A stretch of DNA of 60,832 bases, the filler included, from Sphacelaria rigidula (taxonomy: Eukaryota), in assembly GCA_964200075.2 (NCBI GenBank). It is 8 parts of 8 records of this genome, joined end to end, with 100 filler letters (N's around TTAATTAATTAA, not from the genome) between each part and the next. Parts side by side here need not be neighbours in the genome. Positions count along the whole stretch, not along the records: positions 53,318 to 60,832 come from CAXNAA020014550.1; 7 more parts are not named here. One strand, 5' to 3'. Under the pieces are notes generated by a model that saw only the letters and a list, made by a program, of their open reading frames with translations, did not search any database and was not told the origin of the DNA. This document shows, piece by piece, positions 60,386 to 60,832 of this stretch; within the stretch, counting starts at the first letter, position 1; every line of letters begins with the position of its first letter. The translations under genes were made by a program, and so were the position numbers.

Positions 60386-60832
60386 TGGAATCGAAAACAA
60401 ATTCGGACAGAGAAGCGCGCAACCACTCAGAGAAGATAGACCACGACTACAGGAAAGCAGACCTCCAACGAACAACTGCAGCAGCCACGATGACGAGGCG
60501 ATCAAGCAGCCCGACAATTCGATACGGCGACAGGGTAGTTGTTTGACATCTTTCGAAGTGTTGCTCGCGGTTCACGCAGCGTAAATAACCCGAGTCACAC
60601 TTCATAAGTGCTGGACGATACGAGTATGGCACCTGGCTACTGGCCTCATTTTCAATATAGGTGGTTGGCCAGGGGGCTGCGCAAAAATCAAATCTCGACA
60701 CGTGGGCCCCAAGATAGAAAAATCGAGTATTCGAGGAGGGGGGGGGGGGGGGGCACCCCCCCTTCTATTTTCGGCCCTTTTTCCGATATCCCCCCCCCCC
60801 AAACCCCCCCAAAAAGGTCACCAAAAAAATTT

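Overview
This is eukaryotic, intron-rich, repeat-dense DNA. It is most likely a brown alga or another stramenopile, an inference from the short exons, GTGAG/GTGCGT/GTAAG donors and the RTE/Copia/SINE/MITE repertoire. It is not one locus. Eight contigs of about 7.5 kb, in non-increasing length order, are joined by seven identical 100-bp spacers (44N-TTAATTAATTAA-44N), so nothing should be linked across spacers. Recognisable host genes are three spliced exons of an AMMECR1-family gene, the first exon of gamma-secretase subunit APH-1 (head-to-head with another first exon), and a few anonymous exons. Most of the rest is transposon-derived: a split RTE LINE, an RT-deleted Copia with its 3' LTR, other LINE fragments, a tRNA-derived SINE family, hAT-like, piggyBac-like and foldback MITEs, and Kolobok-like transposase relics. 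The two most unusual items are (1) a 2.17-kb TIR element inserted in the RTE LINE, carrying a decayed ORF with a C2HC zinc finger and three ~114-aa tandem repeats but no recognisable transposase, and (2) a 42-bp-period repeat/variable-spacer array in the AMMECR1 intron. No CRISPR-Cas system, rRNA or intact tRNA gene was seen. All family calls come from motif recognition by eye, not database searches.
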